A program made the translations under genes and the position numbers. The notes under the pieces were generated by a model that worked only from the letters and a program-made list of their open reading frames with translations, did not search any database and had not been told where the DNA came from. From an uncultured bacterium (GTDB taxonomy: Bacteria > Hydrothermota > UBA3073 > NMUJ01 > CBEVQO01), in contig CBEVQO010000001.1 in assembly GCA_965552055.1 (NCBI GenBank), positions 431,106-495,105 on the forward strand: a stretch of DNA of 64,000 bases. The letters are read 5' to 3'. Positions 54,134 to 63,800 of the stretch are shown piece by piece. The stretch's first letter is position 1; the number at the start of each line of letters is the position of its first letter.

Positions 54134-56239
54134 TTATCTCATCTTCATCCTCAGTGCATCACCGAACATCGTATCCACCACGGATATCAGACGCGAGTTC
54201 GCCTGGAAACCCCTCTGAGCCATTATCATGCTTACGAATTCTTCTGCGAGGTCAACATTCGATTCTTCCAGTGACTGATACGCTATCTTACAGCTGGGTA
54301 TACTAGTCATAGGGTCACCGATTATCGGGTCACCAGAGTTCGGAGCTTCTGCAAAGAGGTTCTTACCTATCTTCTTCAAGCCCATTGGATTATTGAAAGT
54401 AGCGACAACTATTTTGGCAAGAGGTCTCATTAAACCATTCGTAAATTGTCCTCTAATAGTACCATCTTCTTCAATTACAAAGTCCATGAGTTCTCCAGGT
54501 GCCCAGCCATCCTGGTCGATTACAAGAGTGGTCATAGGTTCCGCAAGCTGGGTAACGCCGTCAAACCCTCCGAGTGTGCCCATCCACAGCTGTATTCTTT
54601 GAGGTGATTCTTTTCCTGGTCCCGGATCGAATACAATGGCATTCGCACCGCCATCATAGGAGAAACCAGCGAGAGAACCATCCGGATTGAAGAGTATAAC
54701 TCCTGAACCTCCTTCCCAAATTGTAGCATTTTCAATCTCTGCAGACCAGTACCATTTGTTATCCACATATTCATCTTTCTTGAAAGTAATGGTAAGTGTA
54801 TGTGCTTCGCCCTCTGAGTCATAGATTTTTATCGAGCAAGCATGTGTCACATCTTCGGCATCCTGCATCTTTATGAAACTGAATCCCCATTTTCCCGGTA
54901 TCCTGCACTGCAACTTATCAATGGCATTCGAAGTACCAGGGTCACCCTCTACATAGCATGAACCATCGGAAGAATCTATTCTCACATCACCAACTTTGAA
55001 TACACTTTTTGCTCCCCATGGGTCAACATCGCCATCGGATAGAATATCTTCGAGCAATGTAATAAGGTCACCGTATGTCTGTGCTTCATTGTTCGCTACA
55101 GGAGCCACATTTGTTACCACTATCGTTTGAGAAATCGGAGTACCAGCAAGTTCCGCTGTAACATTAAAGGTATCACCAGCTGCAATACCAATATCCGAAC
55201 CTGTATATGTCCTCAAATCCACGAGCCAGTCAGAAGCCCTGGCTATATGCGAGAATGTATCAGAACGGGTAGTAGCACCTGTTGTAAAGTTTATCGGATT
55301 ATCATCAACACCCTCAAATGCCTTCGCAAGATTAGCGTTTGTACTCGTTATCGTAACTGTATGGTCTGAACCTGTTAAATCGACAAACTCAAGATAACCT
55401 TCAACAATATTTGGGGCACCAGAAGGAGACGGAGGAAGATTAACCTGAAGCGTATTATATCCAGCAGGTCCGAAATCAGCATTTATCGCAGTAACAAGGT
55501 CCTGCAAACTCACAAAGTCCACTCCATAAACATATGTCTCCTGATTGCCAAGACCGTCGTCCACTGTCAGTTCATCACCCCAGCTGAGATGCAAAAAGTT
55601 ATCAAGATATCCGGAGGCATATAACCCGTTCATATCCTCTGTCTGGTCGGGTTTCGCCATCAAACCCTGTGAATCCCATATTGAAGGTTTGGGGTCTTCT
55701 CTCATATCGAGATTACATGCGAGCTTCACAAGTGATGTCATCTTCGCAGGTATCTTAAGTTTAGGAGGAATAACAATATCCTCTATTCTACCGCCACTTG
55801 GTATCTCTCCGGTTGTCAAATCCGCCATCCTGCCCTGTAATATCGCACCATTGGAGTCAACAAAGCGTCCCTCGGCATCAAGAGTAAATGAACCATCACG
55901 AGTATAATACCAAGCATTGCCCATCCTCACAACGAAAAAGCCATCACCAAGTATCGCCATATCAGTTGGAACACCCGTCCTTAGCACCTGACCTTGAGTG
56001 AATATGTTATCAATAGACGCAATTTCAACACCAAGACCTATCTCTATCGGATTCTTACCGCCCATTTCGTCCCATGGTCTTGTACCAGCAATCAGACGCT
56101 CAACGAGTGCTTCCCTGAAGAGTACCCTACCCTTCTTGAAGCCTATCGTGTTGATGTTTGCAAGATTATTCGCCACAACATCCATCTGCTCGAGGTAGGC
56201 TCTCATCCCACTGACTCCAGTATAAAGCGATGTAAACAT
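54134..56239 (-). CDS. flgE: Flagellar hook protein FlgE, long form
   Basis: ANNLANINTIGFK, GDGFF, YTRDGSF, LEESNVDLAEEF...AQRGFQAN; 701 aa. Confidence 0.95.
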   Translation of the reverse strand: MFTSLYTGVSGMRAYLEQMDVVANNLANINTIGFKKGRVLFREALVERLIAGTRPWDEMGGKNPIEIGLGVEIASIDNIFTQGQVLRTGVPTDMAILGDGFFVVRMGNAWYYTRDGSFTLDAEGRFVDSNGAILQGRMADLTTGEIPSGGRIEDIVIPPKLKIPAKMTSLVKLACNLDMREDPKPSIWDSQGLMAKPDQTEDMNGLYASGYLDNFLHLSWGDELTVDDGLGNQETYVYGVDFVSLQDLVTAINADFGPAGYNTLQVNLPPSPSGAPNIVEGYLEFVDLTGSDHTVTITSTNANLAKAFEGVDDNPINFTTGATTRSDTFSHIARASDWLVDLRTYTGSDIGIAAGDTFNVTAELAGTPISQTIVVTNVAPVANNEAQTYGDLITLLEDILSDGDVDPWGAKSVFKVGDVRIDSSDGSCYVEGDPGTSNAIDKLQCRIPGKWGFSFIKMQDAEDVTHACSIKIYDSEGEAHTLTITFKKDEYVDNKWYWSAEIENATIWEGGSGVILFNPDGSLAGFSYDGGANAIVFDPGPGKESPQRIQLWMGTLGGFDGVTQLAEPMTTLVIDQDGWAPGELMDFVIEEDGTIRGQFTNGLMRPLAKIVVATFNNPMGLKKIGKNLFAEAPNSGDPIIGDPMTSIPSCKIAYQSLEESNVDLAEEFVSMIMAQRGFQANSRLISVVDTMFGDALRMKMR

Positions 56240-56257
56240 ACGCCCCCCCTTTTTATT

Positions 56258-56298
56258 TAGGGGAGCCCTCCCTCAAAAGAGGGACCAGGCTTCCCCTA
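56258..56298 (-). other. GC-rich stem-loop immediately upstream of the flgE SD
   Basis: Outer stem TAGGGGA(A)GCC/GGCTCCCCTA and inner stem TCCCTC-TTTT-GAGGGA; no U-tract follows on either strand. Confidence 0.7.
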
Positions 56299-56640
56299 TG
56301 CCAGCACCACAGTATCAATGTTAGTAAATACATTTTCCCTCATCCTCCCTCTACTTATAATTGTTACAATTTTCTTCTCCCTAACATCCACAATATACGC
56401 TGTTTCATCTGTGAGTATCAAAGCACAATGAGCTCCTTTTTCTTCTGCTTTTTTAACAGCATTGAAGAGTTTCTCCGCTTCTCTACCACCAAGTATTACT
56501 CTATTCGAATTCAATCTCTCTTCAGCATGTTTTGACAGCTTAATCTTATCCTGCAATAATTCTTTAAAATCTTCTTTCTTTCTTACCCTTTTCTCTACTA
56601 CACTCTCTACTTCTACTATTTTTTGTATTCTCTCTACCAT
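56296..56640 (-). CDS. Flagellar operon protein, TIGR02530 family
   Basis: KLSKHAEERL, KAEEKGA, ENVFTNIDTVV; between flgD and flgE. Confidence 0.88.
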   Translation of the reverse strand: MVERIQKIVEVESVVEKRVRKKEDFKELLQDKIKLSKHAEERLNSNRVILGGREAEKLFNAVKKAEEKGAHCALILTDETAYIVDVREKKIVTIISRGRMRENVFTNIDTVVLA

Positions 56641-57833
56641 AACCTTAACCTGCTCATCAATAGCTGATAGATTAACTCACGAGAAGGATTATGTTTTGCA
56701 CTCAGCCCTGCTTTACTTGGGGCTCCGGATTCCGAAGTATTTTCCGGCATCCAGACCTCCACAATGTCAGAAAGATAATACTCTTTACCGTTTATAATGA
56801 GCACAGGTTCTCCATAGTCATTAAACCTTATTCCCTCAATTTTGCCTTCGATAATCTCTGTGCAATCGAACTCCTCACCATCAGCGTTTCCGACTATCTC
56901 AAATCTATAGGTGCCCGATGATACAAGATTACCTTCCTCATCGATTCCTCGCCATTCTATCTCGTGATAGCCCGCACGCATAAATCCAAGACCTTCTTCG
57001 TATACAAGATTGCCTTCTTCATCATAAATCCTAACAGTAAAATTGCCATCCCTATCTGTCCAGAATCTCAATGTCTCTGTACCACCATGATATTCGAATT
57101 CGTCGCCTTTCACATGGGCAATTTTACCAAGCAGAGAATACACAGAATAATCCGGAGAATAACCGCTACTTTCTACGGTTTCTTGAAGCCATATCTCTGT
57201 TATATCGCTATAACCTATTTCCTTGTCATTTACGATAAATACAGGGGTACCATCTTCTTTAAATTTCAGCCCCTCAATCACTCCTTGAATCATCTCCTTA
57301 CAATCGATTACACTTCCATCTTCTGCCTTGCCGACAACCTGAAAAGTGTATTTACCAGCAGGCACCTTTTTACCGCTCCCATCAAGCCCATTCCATTTTA
57401 TCTCATGATAGCCAGCTGTCTTTTTACCGAGTTCTATCCTCTTCACAACCTTACCATCTTCATCGTAAATCGTTATCGTAATTTCACCTTCCTGCGGTAC
57501 ATAGAAGCCGAGTTTTACATCGTTATTCCCATCATATTCAATCTCATTACCTTCTATTCTCACAACTTTACCAGTAAGCGCAAGAGCCATCGCATTGTTA
57601 AGCGATTGCATCAATAAGAGGTTCATATTGAACGAGGTATTGAGATTCGTAAGCTGCTCGAGCGAGCTTAGCTGAGCAATTTGTCCAACCATATCGCCTG
57701 CATCCATAGGCTCAAGCGGACTCTGCATCCTCAATTGCGTCATAAGTAACTGCAGGAACATATCGTTTAAAGATTTAGAAGTCGCCTGAGAAAAACTGTC
57801 TACACCAAAAAGAGTTGCTTCATTAACATCCAT
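56634..57833 (-). CDS. flgD: Hook cap protein FlgD with tandem-duplicated Ig+Tudor module
   Basis: FLQLLMTQLRMQSPLEPMD...QIAQLSSLEQ; two copies of IYDE.G...AGYHEI.W.G.D..G; SD before ATG 57833. Confidence 0.92.
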   Translation of the reverse strand: MDVNEATLFGVDSFSQATSKSLNDMFLQLLMTQLRMQSPLEPMDAGDMVGQIAQLSSLEQLTNLNTSFNMNLLLMQSLNNAMALALTGKVVRIEGNEIEYDGNNDVKLGFYVPQEGEITITIYDEDGKVVKRIELGKKTAGYHEIKWNGLDGSGKKVPAGKYTFQVVGKAEDGSVIDCKEMIQGVIEGLKFKEDGTPVFIVNDKEIGYSDITEIWLQETVESSGYSPDYSVYSLLGKIAHVKGDEFEYHGGTETLRFWTDRDGNFTVRIYDEEGNLVYEEGLGFMRAGYHEIEWRGIDEEGNLVSSGTYRFEIVGNADGEEFDCTEIIEGKIEGIRFNDYGEPVLIINGKEYYLSDIVEVWMPENTSESGAPSKAGLSAKHNPSRELIYQLLMSRLRLW

Positions 57834-57841
57834 AGCCCCTC

Positions 57842-59551
57842 CTATGCCCACATATCAAGACCTTCACCCGCTGCCACAGGCTCATACGAGACTTTTTCAG
57901 GAACTGTCTCCACATCAAAACCAAAATTAAAGAATTTTCTGGGTTTATAGGTTTTTTCTTTGTCACTCTCTTTATAATATATATCAAATTCATTCAAATC
58001 AAGCCCATAATTTTGTAAATGATTCTTCAATTCAACAATGTTAGATTGCAATGCATCTTTTAATTGCGGATTCGTCAAAATCACCTTCATGTTTACTTTA
58101 TCACCCATCATCCTTATCTTTATCTCAACTCCTCCAAAGAAATCATGACGCAATTTTATAAATGCTTCTTTCCTTTCCTCAGAAATCATAAACTTTATTT
58201 TTTCTACAATTTCATTTATTATCCTACTTACAAATTTTTCAACTCTTTCTTCCTTCACTTCACCCACTCTAATGTCTATCATGCCCCTCTCAACCATTTT
58301 TTCACCTCTCACCTTTATTTTAACAAAATCTGTATCAATCTCTTTAATCTTCGGTTTATTTTCTGGCTTCACTTCTTCTTTTATGAACAACTTATTTTCA
58401 CCAAATTCTTTATATACCTTCATAAATTTATTATCTTCCCTTCTCTGCACCTCGGTATTAATCCTATCTTCAAATTTATTCACTTTCAAACTTTCTTTTT
58501 TATCAAATCCGATATTGCTTTCTTTATCTTTTCCTTTTATACTTTGCTTTACATTTGAAACATTTAAAACTTTTTCCTCATGTTTAGATTTATCTTTTTC
58601 ATCTCCAAATTTAGGTTTTTCTTTTATCACCTGTGGATTAATTTCATATTGTGCAAAGTCGTATATTTTAACAAACTCTGTTTTCATCTTTGTATTCACT
58701 TTTATATCTTTTACATCCATTTCAGGCATCTTAAATTTTCCTTTTATCTTTGCATTTACTTTTTTGCCTTCTGCATCCATTTCAGGACGCACAAAACCTG
58801 TTTCTGTCGTACTCCCCCCTATCCTGAATTCCCCTTTTATCTTTGCGTTTACTTTTTTGCCTTCTACATACTTTTCGGGTCGCACAAAGCTTGTTTCCGT
58901 CCCATTTTCCCTTATCTCGTGTATATCCGCCTTAACTGTAAACCTCGATGTCCACAACTCTGCTTTCTTTACATCTTTTCCAACTTTACTTATATCATAA
59001 ATTTTTTCTTGTGATCCCTCATTTCCAACTTTTACTCCTTTTATTGCTTTGTCTTTTATTACTTTATCTTTTCTGCTCAAATTCATTACTTCATCTGACT
59101 TTGTACTTCTTACCGTCTTTTGATTTATCTGCTCCTTCTTTTCCGCAATTTCCGAAACTTCCTTTTTCCCATCCAGATTCTTAAACTCTGCCTTTTTCCT
59201 CACTTTCAAAATCTTTTTATTTTCTAAGTTCTCATGGGGTTTTATCTCCTGACTAAACTTCTTCAGAGGAACAAACTCCTTTTCTTTTCCTAAAATTTTG
59301 ACATTTTCAAATATCTCCTCTTTTCTCCGGCTTTCCTTAATCTGTGCTTTTTCGCTTTTTTTATCTGCAAAAGATAATTTATCGCAGGATATTTTATTGA
59401 ATGTAAGGGGAACAAATTCTTTATTTTTCTCCTCCTTTATTTTGTTTTTTAATTTTGCTTTAAAATCATATAATTTTTGTTCTGTTTTTATTTTTTTAAT
59501 TTTTGTTTTTTGATTTATAGTTTTTGCGATTATTGGCAAGATGGTTCTCAT
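57842..59551 (-). CDS. fliK: Hook-length control protein FliK
   Basis: Long charged low-complexity N-region, C-terminal T3S4-like domain (AFIKL...GGVEIKI...ELKNHL); ATG 59551 overlaps the upstream stop. Confidence 0.8.
   Translation of the reverse strand: MRTILPIIAKTINQKTKIKKIKTEQKLYDFKAKLKNKIKEEKNKEFVPLTFNKISCDKLSFADKKSEKAQIKESRRKEEIFENVKILGKEKEFVPLKKFSQEIKPHENLENKKILKVRKKAEFKNLDGKKEVSEIAEKKEQINQKTVRSTKSDEVMNLSRKDKVIKDKAIKGVKVGNEGSQEKIYDISKVGKDVKKAELWTSRFTVKADIHEIRENGTETSFVRPEKYVEGKKVNAKIKGEFRIGGSTTETGFVRPEMDAEGKKVNAKIKGKFKMPEMDVKDIKVNTKMKTEFVKIYDFAQYEINPQVIKEKPKFGDEKDKSKHEEKVLNVSNVKQSIKGKDKESNIGFDKKESLKVNKFEDRINTEVQRREDNKFMKVYKEFGENKLFIKEEVKPENKPKIKEIDTDFVKIKVRGEKMVERGMIDIRVGEVKEERVEKFVSRIINEIVEKIKFMISEERKEAFIKLRHDFFGGVEIKIRMMGDKVNMKVILTNPQLKDALQSNIVELKNHLQNYGLDLNEFDIYYKESDKEKTYKPRKFFNFGFDVETVPEKVSYEPVAAGEGLDMWA
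58681..58901 (-). repeat. Intragenic tandem repeats in fliK (93-nt and 60-nt periods)
   Basis: TETxFVRPExxxEGKKVNAKIKG twice, plus PEMDVKDIKVNTKMK; CTTTTATCTTTGC at 58741 and 58834. Confidence 0.85.
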
Positions 59552-60249
59552 TTTTCCCCCAATCTTAAGAACTTGACAGCGAGCGAACATGCCTTTTCAG
59601 GCGACATCTGGGCAAGTATCCTGCCTGCATTCCTCTCTCTCATTTTGAACAGCAATTTAAGAGCATCATCCAATGACATCTTCTCCATTATCCTTGCAGC
59701 TTCTTCTGGTTGCATTTCAGAGAGCGCCTTCGCAAGCTTCTCACTACCAGCTTCAAGCAAATTTCGTATCTCTGAACGCAACGCCCTGATCTCTTCAACT
59801 TCCTCTTCGCGACGATGTGAAGTAACTTCTACGCTTAAAGAATCCACAAGAAACGATAAAGAATCAAGCGCTTTTTTGTATCCTGAAATTTCTTTCAATA
59901 ATGTATCATACAGAACTTTCAAAGAATCCCTCTCCCTTTTCATAGCATAATAAGCATTTTCTACACTTTTTATCTCTTTTTTATAAACTTCTCTCATAAC
60001 CTGCAAATCTTTATACCGCTCTGCTTCGTAAGATTTTAGTTTCCGCCTTAAATCTTTAATCACATTTTGTAATGAATCTATTTTTACTGCTATTTTCTCA
60101 TACGGTAATTTCTCCACCATTATTTTCCTTCCCTTTAAAAGCGGTAAAATTTTCCTGTGAAAAACACCGGTAATAAAAATCATAGCAATTACCGTTAAAA
60201 TAAAAGATACAGCAAGATAAATAGCAAGAGTTCTGTAATTAACCTCCAT
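59548..60249 (-). CDS. MotE/YlxF/FlbB-like protein (TM, coiled coil, MgtE_N-like domain)
   Basis: KLAKALSEMQPEEAARIM...AGRILAQMSPEKA; between fliJ and fliK. Confidence 0.8.
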   Translation of the reverse strand: MEVNYRTLAIYLAVSFILTVIAMIFITGVFHRKILPLLKGRKIMVEKLPYEKIAVKIDSLQNVIKDLRRKLKSYEAERYKDLQVMREVYKKEIKSVENAYYAMKRERDSLKVLYDTLLKEISGYKKALDSLSFLVDSLSVEVTSHRREEEVEEIRALRSEIRNLLEAGSEKLAKALSEMQPEEAARIMEKMSLDDALKLLFKMRERNAGRILAQMSPEKACSLAVKFLRLGEK

Positions 60250-60691
60250 ACTCCCTCCTCAAATAAGTAAATTTAGCAAATTCATCTTCCATAAATTGCT
60301 CCTTTCTTTTTACTTCCTGCAAATAATCTTGATAACGCTTCTCTCTCAAATTTTCAAGCACTTTAACCTCTTTCCTCGCTTCAATTAACTCTTTCTCCTT
60401 CTCCGCTACTTCACGCTCCTTCTGGGAAACCTCAATCTTTTTTAATTTTATTTTCTCATTCAAAGCATAAAGATAGTTCAAATAAAGCAGAACATGATTT
60501 ATCTTTATATCATCACGCTGAAAATTTTTCAGAGTATCCATTATGTCCTTTCTCTCCTTCATTAATTTCTTTAAATTCTCAATAGCAAGTCGCAAATTTT
60601 CCCTCGCAGTAAATAACTCTTTCTTTTTCTCCTCCTCAACCTTTTTCTTATACTCCATAACCCTGTCCAATCTAAATTGAAACTTCTTCAT
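60239..60691 (-). CDS. fliJ: Flagellar export protein FliJ
   Basis: [25 protein letters not shown]. Confidence 0.9.
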   Translation of the reverse strand: MKKFQFRLDRVMEYKKKVEEEKKKELFTARENLRLAIENLKKLMKERKDIMDTLKNFQRDDIKINHVLLYLNYLYALNEKIKLKKIEVSQKEREVAEKEKELIEARKEVKVLENLREKRYQDYLQEVKRKEQFMEDEFAKFTYLRREYGG

Positions 60692-61983
60692 TGCACTAAC
60701 TCTTTCATCTTTGCTATCGTAGCCTCAAATTCTTCCTGCTCTTCTATATCCTGTTTCAAAAATTTATCTATTTTTTCTTTCTTTTCTATAGCAATATCAA
60801 CCTTTGGATTCTGACCTTTTTTATATGCACCTATCAAAATCATATCCTCATTCTCCCTGTATGTTGCAAGCAAATCCCGTATCTTACGGGCAAGTTCCAT
60901 ATGTTCTTTAGACACAACATCTATCATACTTCTTGATACACTCTGCAAAATATCAATCGCAGGATAATGACCTTGATTTGCAAGTTTACGGGATAAAACT
61001 ATATGACCATCAAGAATTGCTCTAACAGCATCCGCTATGGGCTCCGATAAATCATCACCTTCCACCAGTATCGTATAAAAACCCGTAATACTACCATTCG
61101 ATGACATTCCTGCTCTTTCCAGAAGCTTCGGTAACATAGCAAAAACAGAAGGAGTATAGCCCTTTGTAGTGGGCGGTTCACCTGCAGCTAAACCAACCTC
61201 CCTCTGCGCCATCGCAATCCTTGTGACAGAATCCATCATTAAAACAACATCTTTTCCCATATCCCTAAAATATTCAGCTATCGCCGTAGCAACAAAAGGC
61301 GCCTTTATACGCACAAGAGCAGGCTGATCAGATGTGGCAACAACAACCACAGATTTTTTAAGTCCTTCTCCCAAATCTTTTTCGATAAATTCTCTTACTT
61401 CTCTTCCTCTTTCGCCAATTAAACCTATAACATTAACATCTGCTTTGCTATAGCGCGCTATCATACCGAGTAAAACACTTTTACCAACTCCACTGCCTGC
61501 AAAAATGCCTATTCTCTGCCCTTTGCCACAGGTAAGTAAGCCATCAATAGCTCTTATACCGGTGGGAAGTGGTTCTTTTATCCTTTTTCTTTTAAGAGGC
61601 TCTGGCGGCGAAGCATAAACAGGACGCTCTTCGCCTGCAAGAGGAGGACCACCATCAATTGGATTACCCAAACCATCCAGAATTCTTCCAAGCATTTTTT
61701 CGGATACTTTAACCTGCAAAAGCTTACCTGTAGGACGAACACGAGTGCCAGGACCTATACCCAACATATCGCCTAACGGCATTAAAATAACAGCATTTTC
61801 TTTAAAACCAACTACTTCCGATAATATCTCTTTGCCATCAGGATAAATTATGCAAACTTCACCAACACTACGCGCATCAACATCCGCCTCTATAACAGTA
61901 CCCACCACTTTTTTAACTCTCCCATATTTCTTTATTAGATCGAGTTTTTCAATTTCTGCAATATATTCAGAAAAGTCAAACAT
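60688..61983 (-). CDS. fliI: Flagellar export ATPase FliI
   Basis: [41 protein letters not shown]. Confidence 0.98.
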   Translation of the reverse strand: MFDFSEYIAEIEKLDLIKKYGRVKKVVGTVIEADVDARSVGEVCIIYPDGKEILSEVVGFKENAVILMPLGDMLGIGPGTRVRPTGKLLQVKVSEKMLGRILDGLGNPIDGGPPLAGEERPVYASPPEPLKRKRIKEPLPTGIRAIDGLLTCGKGQRIGIFAGSGVGKSVLLGMIARYSKADVNVIGLIGERGREVREFIEKDLGEGLKKSVVVVATSDQPALVRIKAPFVATAIAEYFRDMGKDVVLMMDSVTRIAMAQREVGLAAGEPPTTKGYTPSVFAMLPKLLERAGMSSNGSITGFYTILVEGDDLSEPIADAVRAILDGHIVLSRKLANQGHYPAIDILQSVSRSMIDVVSKEHMELARKIRDLLATYRENEDMILIGAYKKGQNPKVDIAIEKKEKIDKFLKQDIEEQEEFEATIAKMKELVQ

Positions 61984-62683
61984 TTCCTATTAATTGCTTT
62001 TCAATTTCCTTCAATTTCATATCTATTTGCGCATCTACTTCTTCAAATTGTGTTTGAACTATGCATCCCCCTTCTTTTACTTTTTCATCACGCTCAAATT
62101 TTAACTCTTTTATTTCAAAACCTTCTTTAATTTTTTCCTTCTCCTTTTCAACAAAATCATAATCTGCGGGATTTAATTTTACTATTATTTTAGTTTTGTC
62201 TTTCAATCTTTCGATTGCTTCTCTTACGATATTCAAAATCGCATTTTTATTTATCCTCAATTCTGCAGCGATTACTTTTTTCGCAATCGTATATGCAAGT
62301 TTCAATAAATGAGGCTCGGCAGATTTTAACTCTTCTGATATTTTATCTCTTATCTGTCCAATCAAATTTCTAATTTTCTCCAGCTCTTTCTCACATTCTC
62401 TTTGTGCTATTTTTTTGCCTTCTTCCAGCCCTTTTTTATAACCCGATATTTCTCCTGCCTTAAATCCCTCGGAATAAGCCTTCCTCAATTCTTCTTCACT
62501 TGGCTTTACAACAACATCAATTGGAGGCGAAACTATTATCTCATCCTTTCTCTCTTTTAATTCCCCTTCTTTTTCTCTCTCTTTTCTCTCTTTAAACTTC
62601 TCCTTTTTTATAACTCTACCGTAAAAAACTTTCACATCTTTTACAGGTTTTTCGATCTTAATTATTTTTGCGAACTCATTCAA
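61976..62683 (-). CDS. fliH: Flagellar assembly protein FliH
   Basis: GxxxG repeats ([21 protein letters not shown]), LNPAD, GGCIV. Confidence 0.92.
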   Translation of the reverse strand: MNEFAKIIKIEKPVKDVKVFYGRVIKKEKFKERKEREKEGELKERKDEIIVSPPIDVVVKPSEEELRKAYSEGFKAGEISGYKKGLEEGKKIAQRECEKELEKIRNLIGQIRDKISEELKSAEPHLLKLAYTIAKKVIAAELRINKNAILNIVREAIERLKDKTKIIVKLNPADYDFVEKEKEKIKEGFEIKELKFERDEKVKEGGCIVQTQFEEVDAQIDMKLKEIEKQLIGNV

Positions 62684-63791
62684 TTATCACCTCACCTCTA
62701 CCTGGCAATGTTATTTTACCTTCTTCCTCCAGTCTCAAAATTAAATCCGTTATCTTCCTTTGAGCTTCGTCGACCTCGCTTATCCTAACAGGTCCCATCA
62801 ATTCCATTTCTTCGAGCAAACTCTCCTGCAATCTTTCGGACATATTTTCCAGGAATTTATTTTTCAAAGCTTCATCCGCACCTTTCAACGCAAGTGCAAT
62901 ATCTTTAATGTCAAGCTGAGGGATTATAAGCTGCAATGTTCTTTTATCAAGTCGCATTATATCCTCAAATGTAAACATTTCTCTCCTTATTGCCGACGCT
63001 ATTTCGCTTGATGTCTCTTTTAAGGACTGTAATATTTCTTTCCTGCTATCCATATCAGATTTGCTCAATATATCTGCAGCTATCTTTATGCCTTTCCTTT
63101 CTTCCTCTTCACTGACTGCTATCTCGCCTGCCGGACCCTTTATCCTTTCGCGCAAATATTTTTCTGCAACTCCTATTGCAGCAGATGCCACAGGCTTGCG
63201 CGTAGCAAGTCGCTTTATAACATCGATACGCAATTCTATCGGAAAATGCTTCAAAACATTCGCCGCCTTATCGGGTGGTAACATCGACATAACAATCGAA
63301 ATAACCTGTGGATGCTCATCCCTGATGATATCAGCAATTTCATCAGGCTCTTTTTGCTTTAACAATTCACTCAATGGCTGTATCTGTGCTTCTCCTTCTT
63401 TTGATAACATCTTCTCAGCTTCAACAGCACCAAATGCTTTTTTCAACAACCTCAAAGCATATATCCTTCCGCCTTTTATCTGTTTATAAAAGTCAAGAAA
63501 CTCTTTCATCACAGCTGTGCTTAACTCCTTCGATATTATCCTTTGCTTGCTTATCTCCCACACTATCTCTTCTGCAAGCTTCTTATCGAGATGCTCAAGA
63601 ACAATCGCCGCTACATCTTCACCCAGCACAGTCAACATGATCGCTATCTTCTGTATTGTCGTAAGAGATTTAACCTGTTCCTCTACTGAAGGCTCTTTCT
63701 TCTCTTCCTTCTTCGGAGTAAGAAGCTCAACCTCTGGCTCCTCTATTTTCTCATGCTCCCTGATGGGCTCTTCAATTTTCTCTTCATTCAT
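62676..63791 (-). CDS. fliG: Rotor protein FliG
   Basis: GG linker, EHPQ, MFTFED, ALALKG, GPVR..EVDEAQ. Confidence 0.95.
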   Translation of the reverse strand: MNEEKIEEPIREHEKIEEPEVELLTPKKEEKKEPSVEEQVKSLTTIQKIAIMLTVLGEDVAAIVLEHLDKKLAEEIVWEISKQRIISKELSTAVMKEFLDFYKQIKGGRIYALRLLKKAFGAVEAEKMLSKEGEAQIQPLSELLKQKEPDEIADIIRDEHPQVISIVMSMLPPDKAANVLKHFPIELRIDVIKRLATRKPVASAAIGVAEKYLRERIKGPAGEIAVSEEEERKGIKIAADILSKSDMDSRKEILQSLKETSSEIASAIRREMFTFEDIMRLDKRTLQLIIPQLDIKDIALALKGADEALKNKFLENMSERLQESLLEEMELMGPVRISEVDEAQRKITDLILRLEEEGKITLPGRGEVIIE

Positions 63792-63800
63792 ACCCCCTCC

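Noticed and set aside
54134..57833. Visibly higher GC in flgE/flgD as a sign of horizontal transfer
   Set aside because: Explained by the Gly/Asp/Thr-rich, Lys-poor composition of exported proteins; gene order is intact and there are no mobility marks. GC was not computed.
56964..59950. Long plus-strand ORFs (217, 164, 242, 144 and 157 aa) opposite flgD, fliK and ylxF
   Set aside because: Phe/Ser/Leu-rich antisense shadows of Lys/Glu-rich genes with no motifs. The same applies to the other short overlapping ORFs in the track, such as 26390-26965 and 37003-37500.
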